From the IMG/VR virus record IMGVR_UViG_3300013132_000041, positions 1-64,000 of that record: 64,000 nt of DNA. One strand, written 5' to 3'. The notes under the pieces were generated by a model that was given only the letters and a program-made list of their open reading frames with translations, ran no database searches and was not told where the DNA came from. Below are positions 9,097 through 21,079 of the stretch, one piece after another (within the stretch, counting starts at the first letter, position 1; every line of letters starts with the position of its first letter). The translations under genes were made by a program, and so were the position numbers. This stretch comes from a virus.

Positions 9097-12000
9097 ATGG
9101 CTAATACATTTCAACACAAAAGATCCTCCGTTGTAGGTAAAATCCCTACATCTGCCAATTTAGCAGTAGGCGAAATTGCTATCAATTTTGCTGACAAGCT
9201 TATCTATACCAAAAATACAAATGGTAACGTAGTAATTATAGCCTACGGGACTTTAGAAAGCTATACCGGCAATATTATTCCTTCACAAAATGTAACGTTT
9301 TCCATTGGTAATTCTACACATCGCTTTTCAAATTTATTTCTAAGTGGGTCTACCATAGACATAGGTGGGGCTGCAATAAAATATGAAGAAGGCCTTTTCA
9401 AATTATTAGACTCAAATGGCAATCCTGCTAAAACACTAATATACACAGCCAACATAATAGAATCTGGAGACACTACTACTGGTAATGTGTATTTTACAAA
9501 TTCAAGAGTTTATGCATCATTAACATCCGGCAATACTATTTCTTTCAATGCTGCTACAGGTAATATTACATTAACACCTTCCGGAGTAGTATCTTCTACG
9601 TACGGTTCCAATAGACAAATACCTACTTATGATGTAGATCAATTTGGTAGAATAACAAGAGCAGCCAATGTAGCATTAGGTGATATAATTTTAGGTACAG
9701 AAACATCTGGACCATATGTTGCTAATCTCATAGCAGGCACAGGTGTAACTTTATCCAATTTGGGCAATGAAGGAACGATTCCAACTATATCTATAGGTCA
9801 AGATGTAGCAACCACGTCTTCAGTTACTTTTGGTAATCTTACTGTTACTGGAAATCTAACGATTTCTGGAAATACTACTATTATTAATTCTGAAGAAATA
9901 TATTTAGCAGATAACCAATTAGTACTTAATTCTAATCATTCTGGTGTTCCATCCCAAGATGCGGGTATTTCTATTAATAGAGGCACGTCTGCTAATGTAG
10001 ATATAAAATGGAATGAAACCACTGATAGATGGTCTTTCACCAATGATGGTTCCACTTATTATGTTTTACCTACTAGCACAACAGATATAGCGGAAGGTAC
10101 AAATCTATACTATACCAATGCTCGTGCCATATTAGCAGCCATTCCAGCCGTTACTCAATTAGTAGTTACTACACCCGTATTCAATTATAATATAGATCAA
10201 TATTCTGGAGATAATCCGACAATATATGTTAATGCTGGGGAAACTATATCTTTTGACTTAAATCAAGGTGCAGCACATCCATTTGCTATAAGGGTTTCTA
10301 ATGGTGGTTCTAATTACAATACTGGTCTTACTCATGTAGACGATAACGGCACAATTTCAACAGGATCCGGTGCTCAAGGCAAATATACTGGTGAATTATT
10401 TTGGAAAATACCGTACGAGTTAGCTGGTAACACATATGTTTATCAATGTACCAACCATTCTTCTATGGTTGGTAATATTGTTATACAAAAGTCTATAAGT
10501 TTATTATCCACTTCTGATGTTACTGAAGGAACAAATCTTTATTACACCAATGCTCGTGTCTATGCTAATATCTATCCTTTACTAACCACATCAAATGTCA
10601 CTGAAGGTACTAATTTATACTATACCAATGCTCGTGTTTATGAAGCAGTTACAGGTAATCTGGCCCTTAAAGCAAATGTAACAGACCTAACATCAAGTAA
10701 TGTAGCAGAAGGCACCAATCTTTATTACACCAATACAAGAGTATACGCTAATACATTATTGGCAATCAAAACGGGTAATGGTATAGTATATAGTAATACT
10801 ACAGGGAACATTACACTATCTGCCACAGGAGTTAATCCTGCAACATATGGTGGATCTGCTAATATTCCCGTTGTTACAATTGATGCACATGGAAGAATAA
10901 CTAGTGCGTCTAATGTGGCGGTTGCTGGGGTATCAAGTTTTACTTCTTCAGGTAATTCTTTCACTATAAGTACAGGTGCCGGTAGTAGTTTCATTGCCAA
11001 TATTCAACCCAATTCTATCAGGCTCGGTACAGATACTACTGGCTCTTATGTTGCTAATCTAGTTTCTGGTACTGGTATAACTTTAAATGGTTTAGGTGAC
11101 GAAAGTACTACACCTACTATATCAATAGGTCAAGATGTTTCAACTACAGCTGATGTAGTATTTTCTAACATTACTGCTACAGGTAATCTAACCGTATTGG
11201 GCAATGTTAACTTAAGTAATATTGTGGGAAATTTCACTAATACCACAATTACATCTGGAAGTTATATTTTTACGTTTGATAATGCTGGTAATATCACTAT
11301 TCCCACAGCTTTAAATGCAAGTACTATTAATGCCACAAATTGGAACAATATTTACACTAATAATGTAATTGAAAGCACTAATCTATACTATACCAATGCT
11401 CGTGTTTATGCAGCAGTTACAGGTAATCTGGCATCTAAAGCTAATGTAGTAGATTTAACAACAAGTAATGTAGCAGAAGGTACAAATTTATACTATACCA
11501 ATGCTAGATCATATGCTAATACGTTATTAGCTTTAAAAACAGGTAATGGTATAGTCTATAATAGTGTAACTGGTAATATTACTTTATCTGGAACTGGAGT
11601 AACACCTACTACTTATGGCGGTAACAACAGGACTATACCTAATTTTACAGTAGATAATTACGGTAGAATAACGTCAGCCGGAAATACAATATTAGATGAT
11701 ATAGTTTTGGGTACACAAACTGCCGGAGATTATGTACAAAACGTAATTCCTGGAACAGGTGTAATTATAACAGGTTCCCCTGGCGAATCAAGACAAGCAA
11801 CAATATCCATTGGCCAAAATGTAGATGTCACTTCTAATGTAACTTTTGGTAGCATAGTTATAAATGGTGATTTAACGCCTGGCACCAATGTAATATATTC
11901 ATTAGGTAATGCTACACATAGATTCGCTAATTTATTTTTAAGTGGAAATACTGTAGATTTAGGTGGATCATTTATAAAATTTAATAATGGAGCATTTGAA

Positions 12001-15000
12001 TTTTTAGACCAAGGTGGAAACCCCGCACAAACTAGATTATACACTAGTAATATTATAGAAGGTGGGGATACCACTACAGGTAACGTTTATTTTTCTAATC
12101 TTAGAGTTTATTCTGCTATAGTAGGAAATCTAGCACTCAAAGCTAATGTAGTAGACTTGACAACAAGCAACGTAATAGAAGGTACCAACCTATATTATAC
12201 CAATGCTCGTGTTTATGAAGCAGTTACAGGTAATCTGGCTCTTAAAGCAAATATAATAGACCTGATTACATCAAATATAACTGAGGGCACTAATCTTTAT
12301 TACACCAACACTAGAGTCTATGAAGCAATAACCGGCAATCTAGCACTTAAAGCCAACGTAACAGACCTAACAACAAGTAATGTAGCAGAAGGTACTAATC
12401 TTTATTTTACTAATGCTAGATCCAGATTGGCTATTAGTGCTTCGGATAGCACAATAATTTATGATCCTGTTACTGGTAGTATATCAGCCAATGTTTCAGC
12501 TTTGGGAGCCAATGTATTAAGTGTTAATGGGCAAACAGGTATAGTATTGTTGACAACAACAAACGTATCTGAAGGCGCTAATCTATACTATACTAATACA
12601 AGAGTCTATGAAGCAATAACCGGCAATCTAGCACTTAAAGCTAATGTGACCGATTTGTCTACAAGTAATGTTACTGAGGGTACCAACCTATACTATACCA
12701 ATGCTCGTGTTTATGAAGCAGTTACAGGTAATCTGGCACTTAAAGCAAATATAGTAGACCTAACATCAAGTAATGTAGCAGAAGGTACTAATTTATATTT
12801 TACTAATTCTCGTGTTTACGCGGCAGTTACAGGTAATCTGGCACTTAAAGCAAATGTAGTAGATTTAACTACATCAAATGTAACTGAGGGTACTAATCTT
12901 TATTACACCAATGCTCGTGTTTATGAAGCAGTTACAGGTAATTTAAATTTCAAAGCCAACATAACAGACCTAACATCAAGTAATGTAGCAGAAGGTACTA
13001 ATTTATATTATACCAATGCTCGTGTTTATGAAGCAGTTACAGGTAATCTGGCACTTAAAGCAAATATAGTAGACCTAACATCAAGTAATGTAGCAGAAGG
13101 TACTAATTTATATTTTACTAATGCTAGAACATATTCTAACGTAATCACATTACTTTCCAACAATGTCACACTTGGTAATGTAGTTGTTACTGGTAATTTA
13201 ACTATATCAGGAAATACTACAATAATTAATGCTGAGGAATTGTATCTAGCAGACAATCAGATAGTATTAAATTCTAATCATTCTGGTGTACCTACGCAAG
13301 ATGCAGGGATTCTGTTAAATAGGGGGACAAGCGGTAACGTAGATATAAAATGGAACGAATCCACTGATAGATGGTCTTTCACCAATGATGGTTCCACTTA
13401 TTATGTTTTACCTACTAGCACAACAGATATAGCGGAAGGTACAAATCTTTATTTTAGTAATGATAGGTCAAGATTAGCTATTTCAGTTGTTGGAAGCGGA
13501 AACTATGATAATTCTACTGGTATTATAACTATCACCGGGGGAGTTTCATCTGTAGGGGGCGCTACAGGAAACGTAAGTAATAATCAGTTGGCATTATCTA
13601 TTTCTTCATCTGGATTATTAACTACTTCAAATGTATCAGAAGGTACTAATCTATACTATACCAATGCTCGTGTTTATGCAGCAGTTACGGGTAATTTAGC
13701 AACCAAAGCGAATGTAGTAGATTTAACTACTTCAAATGTATCAGAAGGTACTAATCTATACTATACCAATGCTCGTGTTTATGCAGCAGTTACGGGTAAT
13801 TTAGCCCTTAAAGCTAATGTAACTGATCTTAAAACTAGTAATGTAATTGAAGATACCAATCTCTATTATACTGATTTAAGAGTATATGAAGCAGTTAAAG
13901 GTAATCTGGCACTTAAAGCTAATGTAGTAGATTTAACAACAAGTAATGTAACAGAAGGCACGAATTTATATTTTACAAATACTCGTGTATATTCAGCAAT
14001 ACTTGGTAATTTAGCTCTTAAAGCTAATGTAACCGATCTTAATACAAGCAATATTACAGAGGGCACCAATCTCTATTATACTGATTTAAGAGTATATGAA
14101 GCAGTTAAAGGTAATCTGGCACTTAAAGCTAATGTAGTAGATTTAACAACAAGTAATGTAACAGAAGGCACTAATCTTTACTATAGTAATGCAAGAACGT
14201 ATGCCAATGTTATATCTATATTACCTTTCTATACCGGTAATATATCAGCAGCAAACCTATATGTAGGAAATTTAACTACAACTGGAAACATATCTGTTAG
14301 TAATATTATTGGCAATTTCACTAATACTATTATAGAAGCTGGATCATATTCTTTTACATTCAACGATTCTGGTAATGTTATTATACCCAATGCTATAATA
14401 GCTAATGTATTATATGCAAACTCTATTCAAAATATTACCACAAGTAATATTATTGAAGGTACAAACTTATATTATACTAATACCAGAGCATATGCTAATA
14501 CATTATCAGCAATAAAGACAGGTAATGGTATAGTTTATAGTAACACGACAGGCAATATTACATTATCAGCTACAGGAGTTTTTCCAGAAAATTATGGTAA
14601 TAATACCCATCATGTAGGATTGGTGATAGATAGTACAGGTAGAATTACTTCTGCTAATTCTATTCCTTTAGCTGCAGGACCACAGGGTAATCAAGGTGTC
14701 CAGGGCGCAGTTGGTGCACAGGGCAATCAAGGTGTCCAAGGTGCAACAGGTCCTCAAGGAAACCAAGGTGACCAAGGCGCAGTTGGTGCACAGGGTAATC
14801 AAGGTTTCCAAGGCGCAATAGGACCACAGGGTAATCAAGGTGTCCAAGGCGCAACAGGACCACAGGGTAATCAAGGTGCACAGGGTGCAGTTGGTGCACA
14901 GGGTGCAGTTGGTGCTCAAGGGGCACAGGGCGTCCAAGGCGCAACAGGTGTAGGTGTCCAAGGCGCTCAAGGTGTACAAGGTGCATCAGGGGCAGCTAGT

Positions 15001-16794
15001 GCTACCTTTAATGTATGCGGAACAAATAATATTGTAAGTTGCATAGGTGGAACAGGTTTTTACGGCACTAATAACTTTTTTGCTGGTTCATGTGCTGGCA
15101 ATTGCAATACCACAGGCAGTCATAATAATTTCTTTGGTCGATATGTTGGTCGCGGCAATACCACTGGGAATCATAATAATTTCTTTGGTATGTTTGCTGG
15201 TTTAAACAATACCACTGGTAGTTATAATACTTTCATTGGTCAATATTCTGGTCGCTTTAATACCACTGGCTGTTATAATAATTTCATCGGTTCAAATGCT
15301 GGTTGCTGCAATACCACTGGTAGTTGTAATAATTTCCTTGGTCGTGATGCTGGTCGCTACAATACTACTGGCAGTAATAATAATTTCTTTGGTCGTAGTG
15401 CTGGTTGCTGCAATACCACTGGCACTCATAATAATTTCATTGGTTGTAGTGCTGGTCGCAGCAATACCGACGGCGGTTCTAATAATTTCTTTGGTCGCTA
15501 TGCTGGTTTCTGCAATACCAATGGCTGTAATAATACTTTCATTGGTGCATTTGCTGGTTGCGCTAATACCACTGGCAATAACAATCTTTTCTTTGGTAAT
15601 TCTGCTGGTTTCAGCAATATCAGTGGCAGTAATAATAATTTCTTTGGTGGAAATGCTGGTCGTAGTAATACCACTGGTAGTTATAATAATTTCTTTGGTA
15701 ATTCTGCTGGTCGCTACAATACCGACGGCTGTTGTAATACTTTCATAGGTTTCTATGCTGGTTGCTGCAATACCACTGGGTGTAATAATAATTTCTTTGG
15801 TACATTTGCTGGTCGCTCCAATACTACTGGCAGTCATAATAATTTCTTTGGTAATTCTGCTGGTCGCTGCAATACCACTGGCGTACATAATAATTTCTTT
15901 GGTGTAGGTGCTGGTCTCAACAATACCAATGGTAGTTATAATACTTTCATTGGTTTATGTGCTGGTTGTAATAATACAGCATCACATAACATTTTTATCG
16001 GTCGATATGCAGGAAAAAGTACAACTAGTGGCGGATACAACAATTTCTTTGGTCAAAATGTTGGTCTAAATAATACCACTGGTTGTTATAATAATTTTAT
16101 TGGTCGTGCAGCTGGTGGAAACAATACCACTGGCAGTAATAATAATTTCTTTGGTATGTATGCTGGTCGCAACAATACCACTGGCACTCATAATAATTTC
16201 ATTGGTCGATATGCTGGTCGCAGCAATACCACTGGCACTCATAATAATTTCTTTGGTAACAATGCTGGTCGCAACAATACCACTGGGACCAATAATAATT
16301 TCTTTGGTTTAAATGCTGGTTGCTGCAATACCACTGGCAGTAACAATCTTTTCTTCGGTTGTTACTCTGGTGTTGGTGCAACAGGTTTGGCAAATATTAC
16401 CACAGAATCAAATCGTATCATCATGGGCAATAGTAGTCATTCCTGTGCTCAAATTCAAATTGGTTGGACAACAGTTTCAGATATCCGTGATAAATGTGTA
16501 TTTGGTCCTGTTCCGCATGGTAAAGATTTTTTAAGAAGAATTAACCCTATTGAATTTTCCTTCAAAAATCGCGATACTAATGTAATTACAGATATCAAGA
16601 AACGTTATGGTTTTAGTGCACAAGAAATTTTAGAAATTGAAGGAAATGATCCTGTAATTGTAAGTGATCAAGATAATAGTAAATTGCATGTAACTATTGA
16701 TCATTTAATACCTATTATAGTTAATACGATTAAACAATTAGTAAATGAAGTTGATGAATTAAGAACAAAAATTATTGCGTTAGAAAATAGATAA
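9097..16794 (+). CDS. Giant tail fibre (~2,565 aa) with a C-terminal peptidase-S74-type intramolecular chaperone
   Basis: N-terminal fibre anchor (KRSSV.GK.P....L..GEIAIN.AD). Followed by 35-aa repeats, a cupredoxin-like insert, collagen, 17-aa beta-helix repeats and SDIRDK...YGFSAQE...coiled coil. Probable start is MANTF at 9097. Confidence 0.85.
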   Translation: MANTFQHKRSSVVGKIPTSANLAVGEIAINFADKLIYTKNTNGNVVIIAYGTLESYTGNIIPSQNVTFSIGNSTHRFSNLFLSGSTIDIGGAAIKYEEGLFKLLDSNGNPAKTLIYTANIIESGDTTTGNVYFTNSRVYASLTSGNTISFNAATGNITLTPSGVVSSTYGSNRQIPTYDVDQFGRITRAANVALGDIILGTETSGPYVANLIAGTGVTLSNLGNEGTIPTISIGQDVATTSSVTFGNLTVTGNLTISGNTTIINSEEIYLADNQLVLNSNHSGVPSQDAGISINRGTSANVDIKWNETTDRWSFTNDGSTYYVLPTSTTDIAEGTNLYYTNARAILAAIPAVTQLVVTTPVFNYNIDQYSGDNPTIYVNAGETISFDLNQGAAHPFAIRVSNGGSNYNTGLTHVDDNGTISTGSGAQGKYTGELFWKIPYELAGNTYVYQCTNHSSMVGNIVIQKSISLLSTSDVTEGTNLYYTNARVYANIYPLLTTSNVTEGTNLYYTNARVYEAVTGNLALKANVTDLTSSNVAEGTNLYYTNTRVYANTLLAIKTGNGIVYSNTTGNITLSATGVNPATYGGSANIPVVTIDAHGRITSASNVAVAGVSSFTSSGNSFTISTGAGSSFIANIQPNSIRLGTDTTGSYVANLVSGTGITLNGLGDESTTPTISIGQDVSTTADVVFSNITATGNLTVLGNVNLSNIVGNFTNTTITSGSYIFTFDNAGNITIPTALNASTINATNWNNIYTNNVIESTNLYYTNARVYAAVTGNLASKANVVDLTTSNVAEGTNLYYTNARSYANTLLALKTGNGIVYNSVTGNITLSGTGVTPTTYGGNNRTIPNFTVDNYGRITSAGNTILDDIVLGTQTAGDYVQNVIPGTGVIITGSPGESRQATISIGQNVDVTSNVTFGSIVINGDLTPGTNVIYSLGNATHRFANLFLSGNTVDLGGSFIKFNNGAFEFLDQGGNPAQTRLYTSNIIEGGDTTTGNVYFSNLRVYSAIVGNLALKANVVDLTTSNVIEGTNLYYTNARVYEAVTGNLALKANIIDLITSNITEGTNLYYTNTRVYEAITGNLALKANVTDLTTSNVAEGTNLYFTNARSRLAISASDSTIIYDPVTGSISANVSALGANVLSVNGQTGIVLLTTTNVSEGANLYYTNTRVYEAITGNLALKANVTDLSTSNVTEGTNLYYTNARVYEAVTGNLALKANIVDLTSSNVAEGTNLYFTNSRVYAAVTGNLALKANVVDLTTSNVTEGTNLYYTNARVYEAVTGNLNFKANITDLTSSNVAEGTNLYYTNARVYEAVTGNLALKANIVDLTSSNVAEGTNLYFTNARTYSNVITLLSNNVTLGNVVVTGNLTISGNTTIINAEELYLADNQIVLNSNHSGVPTQDAGILLNRGTSGNVDIKWNESTDRWSFTNDGSTYYVLPTSTTDIAEGTNLYFSNDRSRLAISVVGSGNYDNSTGIITITGGVSSVGGATGNVSNNQLALSISSSGLLTTSNVSEGTNLYYTNARVYAAVTGNLATKANVVDLTTSNVSEGTNLYYTNARVYAAVTGNLALKANVTDLKTSNVIEDTNLYYTDLRVYEAVKGNLALKANVVDLTTSNVTEGTNLYFTNTRVYSAILGNLALKANVTDLNTSNITEGTNLYYTDLRVYEAVKGNLALKANVVDLTTSNVTEGTNLYYSNARTYANVISILPFYTGNISAANLYVGNLTTTGNISVSNIIGNFTNTIIEAGSYSFTFNDSGNVIIPNAIIANVLYANSIQNITTSNIIEGTNLYYTNTRAYANTLSAIKTGNGIVYSNTTGNITLSATGVFPENYGNNTHHVGLVIDSTGRITSANSIPLAAGPQGNQGVQGAVGAQGNQGVQGATGPQGNQGDQGAVGAQGNQGFQGAIGPQGNQGVQGATGPQGNQGAQGAVGAQGAVGAQGAQGVQGATGVGVQGAQGVQGASGAASATFNVCGTNNIVSCIGGTGFYGTNNFFAGSCAGNCNTTGSHNNFFGRYVGRGNTTGNHNNFFGMFAGLNNTTGSYNTFIGQYSGRFNTTGCYNNFIGSNAGCCNTTGSCNNFLGRDAGRYNTTGSNNNFFGRSAGCCNTTGTHNNFIGCSAGRSNTDGGSNNFFGRYAGFCNTNGCNNTFIGAFAGCANTTGNNNLFFGNSAGFSNISGSNNNFFGGNAGRSNTTGSYNNFFGNSAGRYNTDGCCNTFIGFYAGCCNTTGCNNNFFGTFAGRSNTTGSHNNFFGNSAGRCNTTGVHNNFFGVGAGLNNTNGSYNTFIGLCAGCNNTASHNIFIGRYAGKSTTSGGYNNFFGQNVGLNNTTGCYNNFIGRAAGGNNTTGSNNNFFGMYAGRNNTTGTHNNFIGRYAGRSNTTGTHNNFFGNNAGRNNTTGTNNNFFGLNAGCCNTTGSNNLFFGCYSGVGATGLANITTESNRIIMGNSSHSCAQIQIGWTTVSDIRDKCVFGPVPHGKDFLRRINPIEFSFKNRDTNVITDIKKRYGFSAQEILEIEGNDPVIVSDQDNSKLHVTIDHLIPIIVNTIKQLVNEVDELRTKIIALENR
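12090..14200 (+). repeat. Clusters of 105-nt (35-aa) repeats [35 protein letters not shown]
   Basis: Many near-identical copies; 13858-13961 recurs at 14068-14171 (offset 210 nt). More copies lie at about 10500-10750 and 11350-11520. Confidence 0.9.
14677..14990 (+). repeat. Collagen-like (G-X-Y)n repeat
   Basis: [15 protein letters not shown]...; nearly identical to nt ~30-270. Confidence 0.9.
15067..16370 (+). repeat. About 25 tandem 51-nt (17-aa) repeats xxNNFFGxxAGxxNTTG
   Basis: Counted in the translation; resembles a beta-roll/beta-helix fibre head. Confidence 0.9.
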
Positions 16795-16806
16795 TCATTT
16801 ATCATA

Positions 16807-16814
16807 TATAAATA
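16807..16814 (+). promoter_or_regulatory. T4 late promoter TATAAATA
   Basis: Exact consensus, intergenic. Confidence 0.65.
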
Positions 16815-16845
16815 TGTTATGTATGTAAAAATTTAAAGGAATTTT

Positions 16846-17091
16846 ATGTCAACTACGTTAGAAATTTTGCAAACAATTAGAGCAGCTAGAGACAGTGTTT
16901 GGGTGATTCAAGATTCCTTAGCAAAACTGGCTGCAGGACAAACACTTACAGACATGATTCGCGGAAACATTGATAGAAATGTTGGACACCTTAAATTAGT
17001 CGTTGCAAACCCAGACGTTTCGGGATCGGGTGAGGACATATCCGATTTATACAATGCAATTAATCAAGGTGAAGCAGCATTAAACCAGTGA
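16846..17091 (+). CDS. Small helical protein downstream of the fibre (possible fibre chaperone)
   Basis: AAGGA RBS; 81 aa; RNVGHLKLVV motif. Confidence 0.55.
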   Translation: MSTTLEILQTIRAARDSVWVIQDSLAKLAAGQTLTDMIRGNIDRNVGHLKLVVANPDVSGSGEDISDLYNAINQGEAALNQ

Positions 17092-17203
17092 TCACTTAGT
17101 TATATACATATATTAACTACCAATTCAACATTTATTAGAATTAGTTTGATCACATTACCTCCTTATAGTATTTACTTACAGTAACTGATTATGGAAAAAA
17201 TTT

Positions 17204-17845
17204 ATGATAAAAGTTTTGATAGCTACACCCAGCTTGAATCAAAAGGTAGATGCTTATTTTGTTCATAGTTTATGTGAATCAATATTATTAGGGTTAAAAA
17301 ATAATATAGAGATAAAATGCGTATTCTTGGCTAATGAGAGTATTTTACCTATGGCTCGTAATGAGTTAATAGCTTTAGCGGTTAAAGATAATTACGATAC
17401 TATTGTATTCATAGATGATGATGAATCCTGGGATCCTCAATATTTAATAGATATTATTCTTTCAAAAAAAGATGTGATTGCTTTACCTGTTGTCAATAAA
17501 GGTGATAAAAAAATTGAGTTCAATGTTTGGCTTAATGGGAAATTTATAGATGAAGAAGACGGTTTTATTAAGATAGATCGTTGTGGTTCGGGATTTTTAA
17601 AAATATCACGCAAAGCATTATTAGACTTGTGGGAATCAAACGTAGAATTATTATTTCGTGGTAAAAAACTTAAAAACATTTTTGAATATACCTATAGTAA
17701 AGGTTCTTTTGTAGGTGAAGATATTACATTATGTTTGAAATTGAAAGAATTGGGTTACGACATTTGGTTAAATCCACATCATACTGTCGATCATATAGGT
17801 AATAAAATGTATAAGGGAGACTTTAAAAAGGCAAACTCTTTATGA
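17204..17845 (+). CDS. GT-A fold (GT2-like) glycosyltransferase
   Basis: VLIATP...ARN...FIDDD (DxD)...GSGFLKISR...GEDITLC...H.G motifs. Confidence 0.8.
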   Translation: MIKVLIATPSLNQKVDAYFVHSLCESILLGLKNNIEIKCVFLANESILPMARNELIALAVKDNYDTIVFIDDDESWDPQYLIDIILSKKDVIALPVVNKGDKKIEFNVWLNGKFIDEEDGFIKIDRCGSGFLKISRKALLDLWESNVELLFRGKKLKNIFEYTYSKGSFVGEDITLCLKLKELGYDIWLNPHHTVDHIGNKMYKGDFKKANSL

Positions 17846-19131
17846 TTGATATTATTATACCTACTATGTGGGTACCTGAAGAATTCCCTAATACAATTGA
17901 TTCATACTGCAGTAATAATTTAATTAATACAATTATTATAATAGATAATAATAGATTAGCTCGTACGAATTCATCTATTCTAAAAAATAAAAAAATAAAA
18001 ATTATTGATTATGGTAAAAATGTATATGTCAATAAAGCATGGAATGAAGGTGTTGGATTGGCAACCACTAAAATAATAGGAATTTTAAATGATGACATAA
18101 AGGTCGATAAAGAAATATTTGAAATGGTATTAAATTATGAAATACAACCGAAAGATTTAATGGGTGTTAATTTGATAGGTAGACAAAACAATTTTAAAAT
18201 TGATGATTTTATAAACACTGAAGAAAAAATTTCTGTTTTAAACTATATAGATACAGAGCCAATAGGTGGGCAAGCTTGGGCGTTTGGTATTTGTATGTTT
18301 ATGCAAAGATTATCATATACACCTATACCATCACTTTATCAGATTTGGTATGGTGATGATTATTTAGCACAACGAGCAAAACGAATACTCGTTATCAATT
18401 CTAATAAAATAAAGGGTAAAATTTCTGAAACATTGACAAAATTTAATGATAAAAATGACGACATAAACAAAAGAATGGTACTGGATTCCAAAAATCTACT
18501 TAATTTTGAACATTTTAAAAATGGAAAAAACTGGGATATACCCAACAACATAGTTAAACAATCTACAATAGATAGCAAACAATATAATGTTAAAGGTGCA
18601 GATATTTTACAAGAACAATACCTTTTAGCAAAAGATACACCTTCTGATATAAACGAAAATTTGTATATACTTTACGATTTAGCTAAAAAATGTGAAACAA
18701 TAGTGGAAATGGGGGTACGATATGGTGTAAGTACTAGGGCATTTTTAAATACAAATGCTAAGCTAATTTCATATGATTTATATTTAGATAAAAATGTTCA
18801 AAAGCTTTTTGATGTTGCTAAAACTCTTGGAAAAGATGTAAAATATTTACAAAATGATGTACTAAAAATTTCCATAGATGAGGTGGATCTTTTATTCATT
18901 GATACCTACCATACATATAATCAATTAAAACAAGAATTAAAATTGCATGGAAATAAAGCACAAAAATTTATTGTTTTTCATGATACATTTACATATGGAC
19001 TACGAGACGAAACGGGCAAAGGTATAGGTTTAATACCAGCAATTTTAGAATTTATAATAGATAATCCGCAGTGGAGAGTTAAACTACATAAAACTAATAA
19101 TAATGGTTTAACAGTATTGGAAAAATTTTAA
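17842..19131 (+). CDS. GT2 glycosyltransferase fused to a class I SAM methyltransferase
   Basis: N-terminal IIIPTM...IDN...AWNEG...LNDD; C-terminal VEMGVRYGVST...DLLFIDTYHTY...FHDT. Confidence 0.8.
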   Translation: MIDIIIPTMWVPEEFPNTIDSYCSNNLINTIIIIDNNRLARTNSSILKNKKIKIIDYGKNVYVNKAWNEGVGLATTKIIGILNDDIKVDKEIFEMVLNYEIQPKDLMGVNLIGRQNNFKIDDFINTEEKISVLNYIDTEPIGGQAWAFGICMFMQRLSYTPIPSLYQIWYGDDYLAQRAKRILVINSNKIKGKISETLTKFNDKNDDINKRMVLDSKNLLNFEHFKNGKNWDIPNNIVKQSTIDSKQYNVKGADILQEQYLLAKDTPSDINENLYILYDLAKKCETIVEMGVRYGVSTRAFLNTNAKLISYDLYLDKNVQKLFDVAKTLGKDVKYLQNDVLKISIDEVDLLFIDTYHTYNQLKQELKLHGNKAQKFIVFHDTFTYGLRDETGKGIGLIPAILEFIIDNPQWRVKLHKTNNNGLTVLEKF

Positions 19132-19140
19132 AGGTTTATT

Positions 19141-20037
19141 ATGAAATATAGTATTTTTCATCTTCAAGGTGGTATAGGTAAACATATAGCTGCAACAGCA
19201 GTAGCTAAAACCATAAAAAATAATTATCCAGATAGAAAATTAATTATCGTATGTGCCTATCCGGATATTTTTATTAACTTATCTTTTGTAGATCGTGTAT
19301 TTCTTTTGGGGAACACAAGTTACTTTTATCAAGAATATATTCAAGATAAGGATTCAATTATTTTTCATCATGAGCCATATTATACAACTAATCATATACA
19401 CAAAAGAAAAAAATTAATTGAAAATTGGTGCGAAATGCACCAATTAAAATATAATAATGAAACTCCTGAAATTAAATTTAATAAACTACAATGGGATATT
19501 TCAAAGAAATTTTGGTCAAGAAAAAAACCTATTATGTTAATTCATACTAATGGGGGCATGATGACTGCTGATGCTAAACCTTATGCTTGGACAAGGGACA
19601 TGCCCACAGATTTAGCACAGGAATTAGTAGATTATTATAAAAATGATTATCACATATATCAGGTTACAAAAATTAATTCAGAAAAATTAAATGGAGCTGA
19701 ACATATTTTTGCTGCTCCAACACAAGCATTGAATTTGATGGAACTTTTTAGTATCATACTTCATAGTAAAAAAAGAATTTTAATTGATTCTTGTCTACAG
19801 CATGCTGCAGCAGCAATGAAGAGAAAATCTACAGTATTATGGAATGGTACAAGCCCTTCAGTTTTTGGTTACGATATACATGATAATATTTGTACTGATG
19901 TTCCTTATGATTTTAAACTTCCTGGAAGTTACTTATTTGATTTTGATTTTAATGGAAATGAAGTAGAATATCCTTTTACAGATACCACTAAAATATTTGA
20001 TATAAATAAGATTATTGTTTCTGTTGATAATCAATAG
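19141..20037 (+). CDS. GT-B (GT9/heptosyltransferase-like) glycosyltransferase
   Basis: GGIGK...; IDSCLQHAAAAM....VLW motif. Confidence 0.7.
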   Translation: MKYSIFHLQGGIGKHIAATAVAKTIKNNYPDRKLIIVCAYPDIFINLSFVDRVFLLGNTSYFYQEYIQDKDSIIFHHEPYYTTNHIHKRKKLIENWCEMHQLKYNNETPEIKFNKLQWDISKKFWSRKKPIMLIHTNGGMMTADAKPYAWTRDMPTDLAQELVDYYKNDYHIYQVTKINSEKLNGAEHIFAAPTQALNLMELFSIILHSKKRILIDSCLQHAAAAMKRKSTVLWNGTSPSVFGYDIHDNICTDVPYDFKLPGSYLFDFDFNGNEVEYPFTDTTKIFDINKIIVSVDNQ

Positions 20038-20049
20038 GGTATAACTATT

Positions 20050-21024
20050 ATGGATATGAAAAATATGATTAAAGAAATTATTCGTGAAGAAATGAATAAA
20101 AATACTAAAATATATCATTTTATGGCAGGGTTACCTAGATCAGGTAGTACTTTACTTTCAGCTATTTTAAATCAAAACCCAAATATTCATTCTGGTCCCA
20201 GTTCACCTGTCGTACCTACAATGTTAGCTATAGAAATCTCACTAAGTAATGATGAACTTTTTTTAGCGTATCCTAAACCAGAACAAGCAAGCAAAATTAT
20301 TTCTAGTGTTCTTGATAATTTTTATTCTGATATTTCCGCGCCAGTAATCATAGATAAAAATAGAAGTTGGATAGATAAAATAAATTATATACGCGGATAT
20401 TTTAACATACAAAAACCTAAAATTTTATATCCAGTTAGGGATATAAAAGAGATACTGGCTTCTTTTATATCTATGCATAAACGAAATTTATATAAAGGAT
20501 CGGGTAAATTACCTTTTCCGGATGAATCTTTAGTTAAATCTAATTTGCCTCTTTCCGATGATGTTCGATGTGAATTTCTATGTGGTGACATGGGTATTAT
20601 AGGGCAATCATATAATGGGTTAAAGAAATGTTTTTTAGAAGGAAATGATGATTGTGTTCATATTATAGAATATAATGATTTGATAATTGATCCTGAAACT
20701 ACTATGAGAAAAATATACGATTATTTAGAAATGGATTATTATGAGCATGATTTCAATAACTTAGTGAATTTATATAGAGAAAATGATCTTCAAGTATATG
20801 GTCTTGAAGATATGCATGAAGTTAGAAAAAAATTAGAAAAAGTATCAACTACTCCTGAAGATATTTTACCTGAAAATGTTTTAGAAAAACTTAAAAATTT
20901 AGAATTTTGGAGAAAAAATGATATTATAGATTATGATAAAAACGTTGATTTTAATAATGAAATAGGTGAGGATGTTAATAGCGAAGTTCAAGAATCATTT
21001 ATAGGATATAAAAATTTACATTGA
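20050..21024 (+). CDS. Sulfotransferase
   Basis: GLPRSGSTLL PAPS-binding loop; DKNR; VRD...ILAS. Confidence 0.85.
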   Translation: MDMKNMIKEIIREEMNKNTKIYHFMAGLPRSGSTLLSAILNQNPNIHSGPSSPVVPTMLAIEISLSNDELFLAYPKPEQASKIISSVLDNFYSDISAPVIIDKNRSWIDKINYIRGYFNIQKPKILYPVRDIKEILASFISMHKRNLYKGSGKLPFPDESLVKSNLPLSDDVRCEFLCGDMGIIGQSYNGLKKCFLEGNDDCVHIIEYNDLIIDPETTMRKIYDYLEMDYYEHDFNNLVNLYRENDLQVYGLEDMHEVRKKLEKVSTTPEDILPENVLEKLKNLEFWRKNDIIDYDKNVDFNNEIGEDVNSEVQESFIGYKNLH

Positions 21025-21079
21025 ATTTAATTGAAAAATTTTGAATACTAAGAAATTTTAACATCAAATACGAGGTATT

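Noticed and set aside
15067-16370. CRISPR array or DGR variable region
   Set aside because: The repeats are in-frame coding units with no unique spacers. Variable codons include CGA, ATG, CAA and GCA, which adenine mutagenesis of AAY cannot produce. No reverse transcriptase, template repeat or cas gene is in the window.
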